DNA from: Octopus sinensis
Taxonomy: Eukaryota
Reading direction: 5' to 3'
Length of the DNA stretch: 64,000 nt
Assembly: GCF_006345805.1 (NCBI RefSeq)
Contig: NC_043015.1
Span: 20,088,001 to 20,152,000 of the forward strand
Below, one piece after another: positions 40,986-54,513 of this stretch (position 1 is its first letter; each line of letters begins with the position of its first letter). The notes below the pieces were generated by a model. That model searched no databases. It saw only the letters and a list, made by a program, of their open reading frames with translations, and was not told where the DNA came from. Made by a program: the position numbers and the translations under genes.

Positions 40986-41436
40986 CTAATGATATGTATG
41001 ACGAAACACATTAAATTTGTTTTTAGCCATAAAGATGGTGGGGTGCTTCTTATACAGGGGTGCATCTTATACACCGGCAAGTGCAGTACAGCAATATAAA
41101 CATTTATAAAACAGCAGTCACCTTTAAATAGTTATTAGGTCAAAGAGGAACAAAAAAACAAATAACAAAACAAACCTCAACAAGAACAACAAACAAAAGG
41201 AAACATAATAGAATATTTGTTGCAAAGTAACAACAATACTATAAAAAAAAACCCAAACAAAATAGAAAACAAACACACCTCTACAAATTCTTTCACTTTA
41301 TATGGTAATGGTGGTGGAGGTGGGATGAATGGATGGTAGGTAATGTCTGATGGTTTAATTAATGTTTAAGAGATCAAATTAAGAGTAGAAGTCTTTTATT
41401 TTTTCATTTAAAAATTTATTTCTTTGATTGCTGTTA

Positions 41437-41485
<49 letters not shown>

Positions 41486-41734
41486 ATACTTTCTTAAAAT
41501 TCTTTTGATTTTTTTCCCTTGTCTTTTCTTTTCTTTTCTCACTTGTTTAACCCATGGAGGCTTAATGTGTAAAAGTGTATGATCATATTTACATATATAA
41601 GATATACATACACACACACGAGCACATACATACGCACATGTACACTCTTTTAAGTGTACACATAAACATTAATGTTTATATAAATAATTAAAATATATAG
41701 GTACATACATGTATGTAAAATATATATGACAATG

Positions 41735-41775
<41 letters not shown>

Positions 41776-41878
41776 TAACAATCTTTTTATTGACACAAAA
41801 TTCTTATTTGTTTCATAACATATATATATATATATATATATGTTATGAAATAAACAAGAATTATATATATATATATAT

Positions 41879-42051
41879 AAATTTTTATAATTATGAGTAT
41901 ACTTATAATTAGGGTTCAGCAAAAAATTTGCTTCACCACATACCAAATTTAGAAATAGCTAGTTTTGGCTGCTATTTCTAAATTTGGTATGTGGTGAAGC
42001 AAATTTTTTGCTGAACCCTAATTATAATTATACTCATAATTATTAAAATTT
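41879..42051. repeat. Near-perfect palindrome (81-bp arms, 11-nt loop)
   Basis: Arms 41879-41959 and 41971-42051 with 2 mismatches. Confidence 0.95.
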
Positions 42052-42466
42052 TTGTTTAAGTTTACCGATAATGGTTCTTTTAGCATGCCAAACTACTTGG
42101 TAAAATTGTTAATTATTAATTAATTAATTAATTTTACCCTTTATTATTATTGATATATATATATATTATATTTTCCAACAGGAAGTTGGAAAATTTTGTT
42201 TTGGCATTATATTATTACACATGTTTAATTTGCTAGTAGGAATTCTGAAGTTTTCCATGTTAGATAAATATATAGGATATTTCCAATTAAAAATTCTTCA
42301 GAAAGAGAATCAAATAATATTATTTGATACTCTGTCTGGAGAATTTCAAAAAGAAGATTTCTTACTTGTTAATATTACATGTAAATCTTTGTGATACCTA
42401 TTATCTAATGGAACATGTGTAATGATGGAATAAATACCCCATAAAATTTTCCAACTTCTTGTTTTG

Positions 42467-42511
<45 letters not shown>

Positions 42512-43001
42512 TATATATATTCATCATCATCATCATTATCATCATTATTATTTTTATCATAAATATAAATTAAAAGCAAAAGGTGGGAGTACCTCTCAAG
42601 GTGTACTCCCCTCCTAGAGAGCCCTGTCTCACTTCTTGGAGTGAGACACAGTTCCAGGTGGATTATAATGATGGTAATCAAAAGTTGAGCTATATTTAAA
42701 GAAGATCATCATAACTTTTTGTCAGCCCCTGTTGCTTATATGCAAATACGTGAGTTAGTGCACATTATACATACATGCACCCACTCACAGTCACTGCAAA
42801 ATATATATGTGTGCGTGTATGTGTGTATAAAAAACAAAAAGAAATTTTGGAGTCTATTAGTAGCCTGAATCCATGTTCTCATAGACTAAGGACAAAAATA
42901 AACTTATCTCAATCACCAAATAAGAACTTTGAAATCTTGGAAATTCATATATATATATATATATACCAATATATATCAATATATATATATATATATTATA
43001 T

Positions 43002-43053
<52 letters not shown>

Positions 43054-44016
43054 TAAATATGTATATATATTTATATAGGTAAAATGGAAAAATATGTGTG
43101 TTTGTACATGTTAAACTCTACATGTTAAACTCATAATGGACATCTTTGTTTGAGGATTGAGATTCCTGTTATATATATATATGTATACATACACACACAC
43201 AGATATATATATACACACACATGGAATAATGTTTATGTATTTTTGGGTGAAATACATAATAGTCCTTGATACATGTTTGTTATTAGGGAGAAAATATGAA
43301 GTCTGTGCATATGTCATCATGTGTGTATGTGCGTGTGTGCATGTGTATATATGTAGTCTGTGTGTTTGGTATAAATATATGTACATATATATGAAAACAC
43401 ATGGAAAGAAACAGCTTATCTCCCCTACAATGCAAGCTGTATGGGTGAAAAAATGTCTGAGGAAAATGTTTGATGTTTTAGTTACCAAACTCACACACAT
43501 ATCAATACCTATACATTTGTACACATATGCATATATGTATTCACAAATGTGTGTGTGTGGGTGGGGTGGGGGTATACATAAGTATGTACACACATTCACA
43601 CATTTAATATACATGTAAATATATAGTTTATTTAGACTGAGTTCCTTTTCTGCAAATTGAGTTTCATGCTACAGCAATCATCGGGTGAGAACTGGTCACT
43701 TGGTATAAAACTAGTTCTTCCCTAATGGTTGCAGTAGTATGAAGCTTGAGTTGTAACAAAGAGGTTTCATCTGAAAAAAAGCATATACTTTACAGCAGGT
43801 ACTAAATACTCTGTTCCACATTCATTGAAGAAAGTAACATTGGAATATGTAAATATGTGTGTGTGCACAGATGTGCGTGTATTTGTGTGTAGAATTTCGG
43901 TGCATTATACTCAACAGAAATTGCACAACTGGGCAAAGTTCAAGGTAGTATATGCATGTTGTCCGTCTTACAAATTCTTTCCTTTCACCCCCATCCCCAC
44001 CCCTGGCACCAATGAA

Positions 44017-44384
44017 TCAGTAGAACCGATCGACTCGATATAGACTGACATAGCCACACCGCCTCTCTTTTAGTCTCTCTAAGAAGTCCTTTGCCTTATG
44101 TATGTGTGACAGTCCTTCACTGCACTCGCACAGAACAAGGAAAGTAAATTTTGTGTCCTGGTGTACTTTCTTGTATAATGTGATACGGTTGAGTTTCAAC
44201 TCATCGGGACATTTCCACAGCAGATAATCCGCACCACTCCAGCTGCGCCATGTCCTCTCCAGAGTCGAGAGGTTGCCTTCTGTTTGGAAAGCCGAAAAGA
44301 AATAAGTTGTTGAGGTGTTCATGGGTCGTTTAGGAAGATCAGCAATGCCATGTCGGCCAACGCAGTCAACCTGACAGTAAGGAT
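44017..44384 (-). CDS. Terminal coding exon of an uncharacterised protein, DUF7153-like
   Basis: Pyrimidine-rich acceptor (ttctaattcaaatatcctcag|AT), phase 1. Open frame (D)PYCQVDCVGRHGIADLPKRPMNTSTTYFFSAFQTEGNLSTLERTWRSWSGADYLLWKCPDELKLNRITLYKKV...RLKERRCGYVSLYRVDRFY, stop TGA at 44017-44019. The W-x-x-W-[ST]-G-A, PDEL-x-L-x-RI-x-L and C-terminal GY-x-x-Y pattern is recalled from DUF7153 proteins (family call from memory). AATAAA on the minus strand at 43627-43632. Confidence 0.9.
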
Positions 44385-44774
44385 CTGAGGATATTTGAAT
44401 TAGAAAAAAGAAGAGAGAAACCAGAATTAGTTAAATAACCATAAATTAATTAATTCATTAATTACATGATGAAATTAATAATTCATAATAATGAATATTT
44501 ATGATACTTGAAATAGAAGACATTGCTGTGTGTGTCCCCTATTTTAGGAAAAAGAACAACATATCGTTACATGTCAATGAATCAGCTTAAATATTTCCCC
44601 ATTCTATGTTCAAATTGGCAAGATCCAGCCTCTCATACCTATCCTATAATGTCATTCTAAAAATAACAATCAACATGCTTTGAAATAATGCAGAATTAAT
44701 TCAAAACAATGCAAATAAATAAGCATTACATTTGACAGAGTAATTTGAACATTAACAAGGTTTAATATTGGGGA

Positions 44775-44968
44775 ACTGGAGAGTCACTAGAACATTGAAG
44801 AGTCGCTAGAGCATTGGAGAGTCGCTTGAGCATTGAACAGTTGCTAGAGCATCAGAGAGTCACTAGAGCATTGGAGAGTCGCTTGAGCTTTGAACAGTTG
44901 CTAGGACATCAGAGTCACTAGAGCATTGGAGAGTTGCTAGAGCATTGGAAAGTCACTAGAGCATCAGA
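44775..44968 (+). repeat. ~19-20-bp minisatellite in the last intron
   Basis: Unit gagagtcactagagcattg, about 10 copies. Confidence 0.9.
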
Positions 44969-46299
44969 GAGAATGCTTTGTGGTATTTGTTCTGATCCAT
45001 TGTTTGCTGAGTTCAAATCCAGCTGAAGTTAAGTTTACCATACAACTTTTCAGGGTCAATAAAAAAATACTGTTTAAAGGCAATGGATTGAAGGGACTAT
45101 AAAAATGTTGGACTAAATGCTTTGTGGTAATTACTCCAGGTTTTCGTGTACTGAGTTCAAATCCCACCATGGATTACATGGGTGGTAGACTTAGCCTGTC
45201 GCCTGGTTTAATATGACCACTAGCCACCTTGAGTCTTTTTAGTAGAGTCTGTCCTGTTGCAGGCATTCAGGTAGGGACTCTGCAGTTGAGGATAGCTTGC
45301 TCCTCCCACCAACAAGTCTTGGAGGCTTGGAAAAGGCCATGGGTACTGCCTTTCCTTCCTCGCTAAAAAAATGCAAAAAAAAAAAAAATGTTTAGAAGTG
45401 GCCAAAAGTGTTGACATTTGACCAAAAACACAGTCCTCAAGGTCAATCTGTACCAGATGACCATATATTTTCAGTGGGAATGAGGGGGCTGTGGGTTAGA
45501 TTAACTTACAGATATTCCAGTTTAACATAAACCATATCAACCCCAGTCATCTTGGAGGGTCATCAAACATGATGGCCACTACCCAACCATCTCTGGTTAA
45601 GAGAAAACAAGGATAAAACATTAAATAAAGTTGGAGTATCTACACCTATAACTTCTAGGGTAGACTCCTTTGGTTAAAAGGTTCCATATGGGTAGTGGAG
45701 TAGACCAAATTTTTAGGTGGTAGGCCCTAATTCAACACCCAGCATAATACCACCACCTGGATTTGCTCAAGAATTTGAACCATTTGTCTTCTGGTTTGAG
45801 AATAATTCAGTATTCCAGTTTAGGTCACACAAGTTGTTACTTTTTTACTTTTTTCCTTCAGCAGTGTTGAAAGTTGTCTGAATAAGCCATAAAAATATTA
45901 CTGGTGTGGCCCTTGCTCATCTGAATAAAGCATTTAACCTGTTTGTTACAATATTTCTCTTGTGTCGATTTCTGTGTTTCGATTAATTTCTAAAATAATG
46001 AAGAATTTAATAAAACAACTTTATCATCATTCAGCTGGTATTTGAAACATAACTCAGCATGGAATTTTGATTGAAGGTTTTAATTTAGATAAGTTTAAAA
46101 CATGAGGTTTGTATCATGGACCCAGGAATGATCTCTGGTGAGATGGTATCAAAATGGTTAAGTACATGTATTATAAAAGGTTGGACACCTTACCGTTCTT
46201 CTTCTGACTAAACCCAAAAGTAATTCTAAAATCTCAAAACTCATCTCTCACTCTTTAATAAATGAAACAAAGAAAAAAATGAACTGGTTTTATTTTTAC

Positions 46300-46443
46300 C
46301 TGCTCTAATTCCATTGGATGTTTTTACAGGTTCAATAACTCTTCGTTGTCCACCTACAATTTCATAGTTTGGGAAATAGTTGTTCAAGTCGACAGGTTGG
46401 TCTGGGCAATCAAGAACTGCATAGTCTATGTAAGGAAATAGTG
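46300..46443 (-). CDS. Internal coding exon of the same gene
   Basis: Acceptor ttttattttcctgttttccag|CA and donor GCAG|gtaaaa. 144 nt, phase 1-1, encodes (A)LFPYIDYAVLDCPDQPVDLNNYFPNYEIVGGQRRVIEPVKTSNGIRA. The final G joins AT of the 44384 exon to give GAT (Asp) in frame. Confidence 0.85.
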
Positions 46444-47123
46444 CTGGAAAACAGGAAAATAAAACAAGGTAAAGGTTTAGCTGTAAGTAGGTCCTGCACG
46501 GTATAGCATGATACAATAGAATAGGTACTGGAGTGGATATGTGGTTGAGAAACTTGCTTCACAATCATGTACACTTAGGTTTAATCCCATAGCACAATAC
46601 CTTGGGCAAAAGTCTTTTTACAATATCCCAGAGCCGAGTACAACCTTGTGAGTAGATCTTGATAAAGGAAACAGAAAGAAGCCCATTGTATGTGTGTGTG
46701 TGTGTGTGCATACATATGTATATTCTGACAATACATGACTGTGAACAGGCACCAGTACAAAAAATATTGAAAACCTGTTTGGCCCTGGGGGAAGGATGGG
46801 GGAATAATACCTTGCTTGGAATCAAGTGAGGGTTGATGACAGGAAGTGCTTCCTATCCTGTCCATAACAAAATCTACCTCAACAAATTCTGACCGACCCA
46901 CAAAAACCTGGACAAGTGGATGTTAAATGATGGTGAATAAATGGCCCTGTATCAATAACCAACACACTTAACTGTCAATAGAGTCTGGTCAAGCTGATTG
47001 CAAACAAGTACCATGGTATGGTATAGCTTCCTGTACTCTATGTATAGTTAAGATACTTAATTATCAACTGCCCAGTCAGCCAGTACATCCTACTAAACTG
47101 TATCCATAGCCCAGTCATGTAAC

Positions 47124-47398
47124 CAGGGCTGTGGAGCTGGAGTCATGGAGTTGGAAATAATTAAGGGGTAGCTGGAGTCGGAGTTGGTAAAACTATACTG
47201 ACTCCAACTCACAATATCTTTATTCTTTAAAATAAACCAGTTATAACATACTGGCCTACTCAAAGTACAAGCATATGCATACACTTTATGAGATATGTAG
47301 ACCACAATCATTTAATTACATAAAGATGAGTCAGAGTCGAAGGTGCTAATAGTAGAGGAGTCAGAGTCAAAGTTTTTTGTTTTGATTCCACAGCCCTG
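47124..47398. mobile_element. hAT-type MITE with an intact 8-bp TSD
   Basis: TIRs CAGGGCTGTGGA...TCCACAGCCCTG, flanked on both sides by CATGTAAC (47116-47123 and 47399-47406). Confidence 0.9.
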
Positions 47399-47574
47399 CA
47401 TGTAACTATTACTAGCTCTGTTAAAACAGCAGTAAATAAGTATTACACTGTAGCATAAATCACAGAATTGTCAATAATCCAGTCTACTTAGCAGTAAGTA
47501 GGTTAAACAATCTAGTATGGTTCACTCTACTATTGTGATGAGTCAACAGTTTTGCAGTATTTTGTTAACAAATA

Positions 47575-47795
47575 CAGCCAAGCATTCAAAGTAGAGGCCA
47601 TCGTGTTGCACCGTCTGAAGTCACCTTTCTGCCTGTTCTTTGGTTGCACGCTCATAACAGTTCTTGCCCTTTGGGATGAAGATCTGCTTCATTGAAGCTT
47701 CCACCTCGTCTTGGTTGATGAAACATTACACAAGCAGGAAGCAAGCCATCGATTGGAACAAGTAATAATCTGAGAGAGCTAAGTCCAGACTATCT
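47575..47795 (-). pseudogene. mariner transposase C-terminal fragment
   Basis: DSLDLALSDYYLFQSMA...FINQDEVEAS...LQTVQHDGLYFE matches the YSPDLAPSDYHLF motif region. Confidence 0.85.
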
Positions 47796-49454
47796 GTACA
47801 TACACCCACAAACACACCCACACATAAACACAACCCCCTTCCCTCATAAACATATACACACACAAACACAGACCCACAAACACACACAGTCACACCCATA
47901 GACATACGATGGGCTTCATTCAGTTTCCATCTCCTCACAAAGCTTTGGTCAGCCTAAGGCTATAGTAGAAGACACTTGAAAAAAAGGTGCCATGCAATGG
48001 GATTGAACCCAGAGCCATGTGGTTGGGAAGCAAGCTTCTTACAGCTCAAACATGCCTATCTAAAAAAAAAAAAGGGTGGATGGTCATGATTAGAACAGTT
48101 TTGGTCATTTGTCAGTTGAATCAGGTCTGATATGGCACCAAACAATAGCAACAACAACACACTGATAACAATACCAACAACAGCAACAATATGTGTCATA
48201 GGTCACTGAGGGAACTTCGGGATGAATACTTGACATGCTAGTAATAGCAGCCAGATTACATCCTGCTGTCTTGAAATAAGTAGGACACATTGGATAATGT
48301 AGCCTAGATATCTTTCCTTTTATATTTTACTTGTTTCAGTTTTTGGACTGTGGCCATGGTGGAACACTACTTTGTCTCTCTCTCTCTCTTACAAGTTATG
48401 GGGATGTAAACATACCAACACTGGTTGTCAAGCAGTGGTGGGAGACAAACACACAGACACACACAGACCCCCCCCCCCACACGTACACACATGTGATGAG
48501 TTTCTTTTAGTTCTGTCTACCAAATCCACTTACAAAGCTTTTGATTGGCCCATGACTATTTATTAAACATACCAAAGACCGGATAGTCACAGCTGGATGT
48601 TTTCAATCATAGGTCTGCTCTGTGTTGACTGACATGGGGCTAAGCAACAACAACAACAACAACAACAACATCAACAACAGCACATGTGTTGTTTAGCTTC
48701 AATTCCAGTTGACATGCCATAATCTCCCCACACCCCACCGATTATCCCCCAGCAGCTTGTTCCGCCATGCATGTCACTATCCAGTTGCGTGGTGCAGCCA
48801 GCTCACTCACTACAACCCAACTGGAATGTATATTTTTAACAAACAGCTGACCTGATTAACACAGGTAAAACTTATAAGACAGAAATCAATACCACATGAC
48901 TCTTGTTTGAGTTAGGTTTCCATAACGAGCCGGCCAAATAAAGTAGGTAGCCGGATACATCACAAATAGGGCTGGATGGGGAGGGGACGATTGCATTCTT
49001 TTTCTGTCTTTTGATGACTGCTTTGATGCAGATGACACCTCACACTTGCTTTGTATGTCATTCATTTCATAACAATTAAAAAGTATAAATTAACGAGCTG
49101 GCCAGATATAGCAAGTGGTTCATTATGTTGTATACAAGGGAAAAGATTATCTTTTCTGTCCACTGATGTTTGATTGATGCAAATTACATCTCTCACTTGC
49201 AAATAGTTTATTCTTATCATTCATGACTAAAGCCTTGAGAGTGGATCTGGTAGCGCATAGTGTTGATGTGTGTGTGTATTTATATATATATTTATATATA
49301 TATATATATATAAATACACATTAAGTATAGGATATCACCAATGCGCAAGAAACACATGAGAGATGAGTACAGGACAAAATACCAAAAAATACACAATAAA
49401 AACAGGACATCAACAATGAGTGAAAATTAGATACACACACACACATATATATAT

Positions 49455-49509
<55 letters not shown>

Positions 49510-49877
49510 CACACATCTATCTATATATATACACATACATACATACATACATATATATATATATAGTCAATTAAAATAAACAAATAAAACACGAAAACAA
49601 CCAACATGAGGATGTGCACAAGAAATGTGTTATCTTGACACTCGGTGAAAGGAGAATGGAGAAAAGGGAAAAGTCCAAACATAGAGATGTAAATGCTAAT
49701 GGCAAATGCACATATATATGTGTGTGTGTGTGCATATATATATATATACACACTCACACATATATATACATACACACATGATGCATGTGTGTTTGTAAGT
49801 GAATGCATCTTATCTGCAATGAACTGTATTCAAATTTCTGTATGTGTCTATATGTGTGTGTGTATGTGTGTGTGTGT

Positions 49878-49923
<46 letters not shown>

Positions 49924-50520
49924 TATGTATGTATGTATGTATGTATGTCTGTCTGTATGTATGTATGTCTGTATGTATGTATGTATGTGTGTATATGTTA
50001 TATCCATTATATACATTTAATATCTATCCATCTTCCTACCTATCTATCTGTCTGTCCTTCTATATATGTATATACTGTGCAGAGAATTATATAATTATGT
50101 GTTGTAAATGTGTTTGTGTATAGTTGTGTATATTCATAAATGTGTTTTCATGTGCATGTGTGCATGATTGTGTGTGTGTGTTTGTGTGTGCATGCATGTA
50201 TGCGTAAGTGAGCATTAATGAAAATCTCCTGGGATTTTGCCAATGTTAAAAATAATACAAATAATCATTTTTAACACTGACACAATTGCAGAAATTCTTT
50301 GAGAATGGGGTTTATAGTCAGAGGAATAGAGTTCTAGTAACTCTTTACTGATTCTTCTTGTTATAAACCTTGAAAAGACAAAAAGGGAAGTTTCCTTAGG
50401 CAGAATTTGAACTCAGAACGTGAAGTGACACAGATAAAGAATACATCTATGTATGTATGTATGTATGTATGTATGTATGTATGCATGTATGTATGTATGT
50501 ATCTATCTATCTATCTATCA

Positions 50521-50576
<56 letters not shown>

Positions 50577-51289
50577 GAGGGACTCTCTTGTCAAAGACAA
50601 TGTATGGGTGTTCAGTGTTTTGCAGAATGACCTGCACAAATGAGTTGTTGCTAGTGATCAAATGTTCCTGCTGCACATTCGCTCACTCTCTCCATAAAAT
50701 AAATGTCGCCCGAACAGGTGCACAGTGTTCCATGTGTCAGGTGTTGACGTGATCGCAGAGCAGTGCGAGTCTACGAATTGAAACCACAATCTTGTGATCA
50801 TAAGTACAATACCCTAACCACAAGGCCCCACACACCCACACCCACACATATAAACACATACTCTTATAGATATATAAACAATGATAATGAATTAATTCCA
50901 ACTACTACAACCACCAAGACCACCACCACCACCACCATCATCACAACCGGTACTTTCAAAGGATGAGGAAGGAGAGGGCACAGTGCTTTATCCTTATTGA
51001 CATATCCCCCATCAGGTGCCAAGTTAACTAAATGCAGCTTACATTGTTACTGTTATTACTGTATAAAAGATAAATTAGAAAACGGGAGAAAACGAGAGAG
51101 AGAGAAAGATAAGAGTTAAAAACAACAGACTTAAGTATTTGTTTAATCTTTCTGTGGAAACACCTTATCCAAATATATTTGTTGTTCATCCTGACACTTG
51201 CAAACACTAGACGAGATCTTGTTTTATGAATCTGTTGTCTGATGCAACGTAGATGGGATTGGTGGAGTGCGGGTGGATTAGAATGAATG

Positions 51290-51430
51290 TGGGTGGATTT
51301 GAACAAATGCGGGTGGATTTGTACGATTGCGGGTGGATTTGTACGATTGCAGGTGGATTTGTACGATTGCGGGTGGATTTGTACGATTGCGGGTGGATTT
51401 GTACGATTGCGGGTGGATTTGGATGAGTGT
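51290..51430 (+). repeat. 20-bp minisatellite
   Basis: gcgggtggatttgtacgatt about 6 times; degenerate relatives at 51880-52030 and 52420-52650. Confidence 0.9.
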
Positions 51431-51444
51431 GGGTGGATTTTTTC

Positions 51445-51835
51445 TTTCATTCTTTTACTTGTTTCAGTCATTTGACTGTGGCCATGCTAGAGCACTGCTT
51501 TTAGTTGAACAAATTGACTCCAAGGCTTATCCTTCCTTAGCCTAGTACTTATGCTATTGGTCTCTTTTGACGAATCGCTTAGTTATGGGGACGTAAACAC
51601 ACCAACATCAGTTGTCAAGTGATGGTGGTGGGGACAAACGCAGACACAAAGATACACACACACACATATATACGACAGGTTTTTTTCAGTTTCTGCCACC
51701 AAATCCATTCACAAGGCTTTGGTCGGCCTGAGGCTATAGTAGAAGATACTTGCTCAAGACACCATGCAGTGGGACTGAACCCAGAACCATGTGGTTGGGA
51801 AGCAAGCTTCTTACCACACAGCCACTCCTGTGCCT
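51445..51835 (-). mobile_element. Family A SINE
   Basis: Full-length reverse copy. Confidence 0.85.
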
Positions 51836-52039
51836 AGTGTAGGGGGGTACCCTTCTACCTTTACCCTAGGTTAGTTTGGTGGAATGAAGACAGATCTGGT
51901 GGAGTGTTGTTGGATTTGGTGGAGTGAAGTTTGTCTTGATGGAGTGTGGATGAATTTGGTGAAGTGTAAGTTAGATTGGGGGAGTGTGGGTGGATTTAGT
52001 GTGATATGGATAAACTTGAAGGAGTGTGGTGGAATTGGT

Positions 52040-52410
52040 GGAGTGTATCATAGTCATGGCTGATGCCAGTGGCATCTGAATGGCACCTGTGCCGGTGGCA
52101 CGTAAAAAGCACCATTCGAGTGTTGGGCCTCATGGAGGCAGTGACAGGTGAGCGAGACCCTTGGCAATACACCAGGCTTGTCTTGACTTGTCAAGCCAAG
52201 TGAGAACATAATCATGGCTGCTACCAGTGGCACATAAGGAACACCCACTACACTCTTGGAGTAGTTGGCATTAGGAAGGCATCCAAGCATAGAAACTTTG
52301 CCAAATCAGATTGGAACCTGGGTGCAGCACCCTTAGCTTACCAGTTTTCAGTCAAACCGTCCTAACCATGCCAGCATAGAAAGCGGATGTTAAACGATAA
52401 TGATCATGAT
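52040..52410 (+). mobile_element. RTE-tailed retroposon (family C)
   Basis: ggcacctgtgccggtggcacgtaaaaagcacc ... ggcattaggaaggcatcc ... ggatgttaaacgataatg. Confidence 0.8.
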
Positions 52411-52664
52411 GTAGGTGAGTCTAGTAGAGTGTAGATGAATTTTGCAGAGTGTGGGTTTATTTTGTAGAGTGTAGTTAGATGTGGTGGAGTGTAGGTGGAT
52501 TTGCCAGAGTGTATGCCGAACGTAAGAGTATTTGGTGGTATGTAGGTGAACCTGGTGCAATGTAGAGGCATTAGGTGGAGTGAAGGTGGATTTTGTGAAG
52601 TTTATGTCATTTTGATGGAGTATGTGTGTGGGAGGGGATGGATTCAATATAATGGTTTATTAAG

Positions 52665-52900
52665 GTGGTGAGATGGCAGAAGCATTAGCATGCCGGGCGA
52701 AATACTTAGCAGTATTTTGTCTGCCAGTTCATTCTGAGTTCAAATTCCACCGAGGTCGACTTTGCCTTTTATTCTTTTGGGGTCGATGAAATAAGTACCA
52801 GTTATACACTGGAGTCGATGTAATCGACTTAATTCCTTTGCCTGTCCTTGTTTGTCCACTCTATGTTTATCCCCCCCACCATGGGCAATAAAGAAATAAA
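52665..52900 (+). mobile_element. Family B SINE
   Basis: ggtggtgagatggcagaagcattagc...gagttcaaattcc...ggggtcgatgaaataagtaccag. Confidence 0.9.
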
Positions 52901-53136
52901 TATAATGGTTTAGTAAAGGGTAAGCTGAATTACTTCAGCGATAGTGGACTTCATGGAGTACAGGTTGTCTTGATGGAGTGTAGGTTCATTTGACAGTTTA
53001 GGTTGCTGTGGAGGAGTGGTGGTCATTTTAAGTTCATAGTAATTCCTACTTAGTGCTAAAGAGATTACCAAATAATTGTCTTTGTCCTTTCATTATTACA
53101 GTAGCTGCTACTACTACTACTACTGCTGCTGCTGCA

Positions 53137-53190
<54 letters not shown>

Positions 53191-53949
53191 TATGACATGA
53201 GTTCAAATTCCATCAAGGTTGACTTTGCTTTTTGTCATTTTGGGTTGATAAAATAAGTACCAGTTACGTACTGGTTTTGATGTAATCAAGTAGCCATCTC
53301 CAAAATTTTAGGCTTCATGCTTACAGTGGAAAGAATTATTACAGTGAAATATACCACAGTGTGATACCGAGGCGGACTGTGCAGTTGAAACATAGGAGTA
53401 CTGACTTGGGACACAATACAGTAAATAGTCCAGTACACCTAGCTATAGAAAAGGTGCCAAAAATGGTATTTTGTGGTACTGACATACAGTTAGGTGGAGT
53501 AGGCATTTGAGAGTCCAGTGTCTCGGCTATGAGCACAGTAGTGTGTACAATACTATACCGTGGTACCTGTTTACACTAAGGTGGACTGAGCTGTTGACAG
53601 TTCAGTATCTTGATTAAAGACAGAAGACAGTTCCATTGATGGAATATGATGTATTGACCTTTTGGCGAGTTGCCTGTTATTATTCTTTGAAGTAAGTCTT
53701 TGAAGTAAACATTAGAAAGACAGGCAGTAATTGAAGGAGGGAAATAGAGAAAGAGTGAGAGTACACATACACACACACGTATGTATAAATATATATACAT
53801 TTTGACATAAGTGTAGGTGTATGTGTATACACACACATACACATGAATACATACATACATACATACATACATATGACTGGGATTAAGAGATAAAAAGACA
53901 TTGAAAGAGAGAAAAAGAGTGAGAGAAGAATATACTGAGAGACACATAT

Positions 53950-53995
<46 letters not shown>

Positions 53996-54045
53996 CATCC
54001 TTATTAGAGAGAAAGAGGCACCAACACTACTTCCACATCCCAACC

Positions 54046-54079
<34 letters not shown>

Positions 54080-54428
54080 CCAGTTGCCACTTTTATATCA
54101 CATTCAGAAATCCTTTAATCTACAAAATCTATCGTTCCATTAATCAAGAACTCGTACCACTTCAATCCGTGTTTCTTTTGATATTTTTGGAACTGATTCA
54201 AAAAGAATTGCGGAATAATTTTCCATTCTCTATATATATTATCTAAGAACTCATAATAGATTATTATTATTATTATTGTTGTTGTTGTTGTTATTATCAT
54301 TGTTATTATCACTAAGATTAACTTTGCTTTTCATCTTTTCAGGGATCAATAAAATAAATTATCCAATATTGGAGTCAATTTAATTGGTAATATTTGAGGG
54401 TCTTGAACCCTCCTCCTCCTCCTTATAC

Positions 54429-54513
<85 letters not shown>

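Noticed and set aside
50230-50370. Strong minus-strand acceptor followed by open frame FITRRISKELLELYSSDYKPHSQRISA
   Set aside because: No good phase-1 donor and no similarity recognised; left uncalled.
53570-53715. Minus-strand exon candidate as an upstream exon of the DUF7153-like gene
   Set aside because: All three frames hit a stop before the available donor, so it cannot supply the required phase-1 junction.
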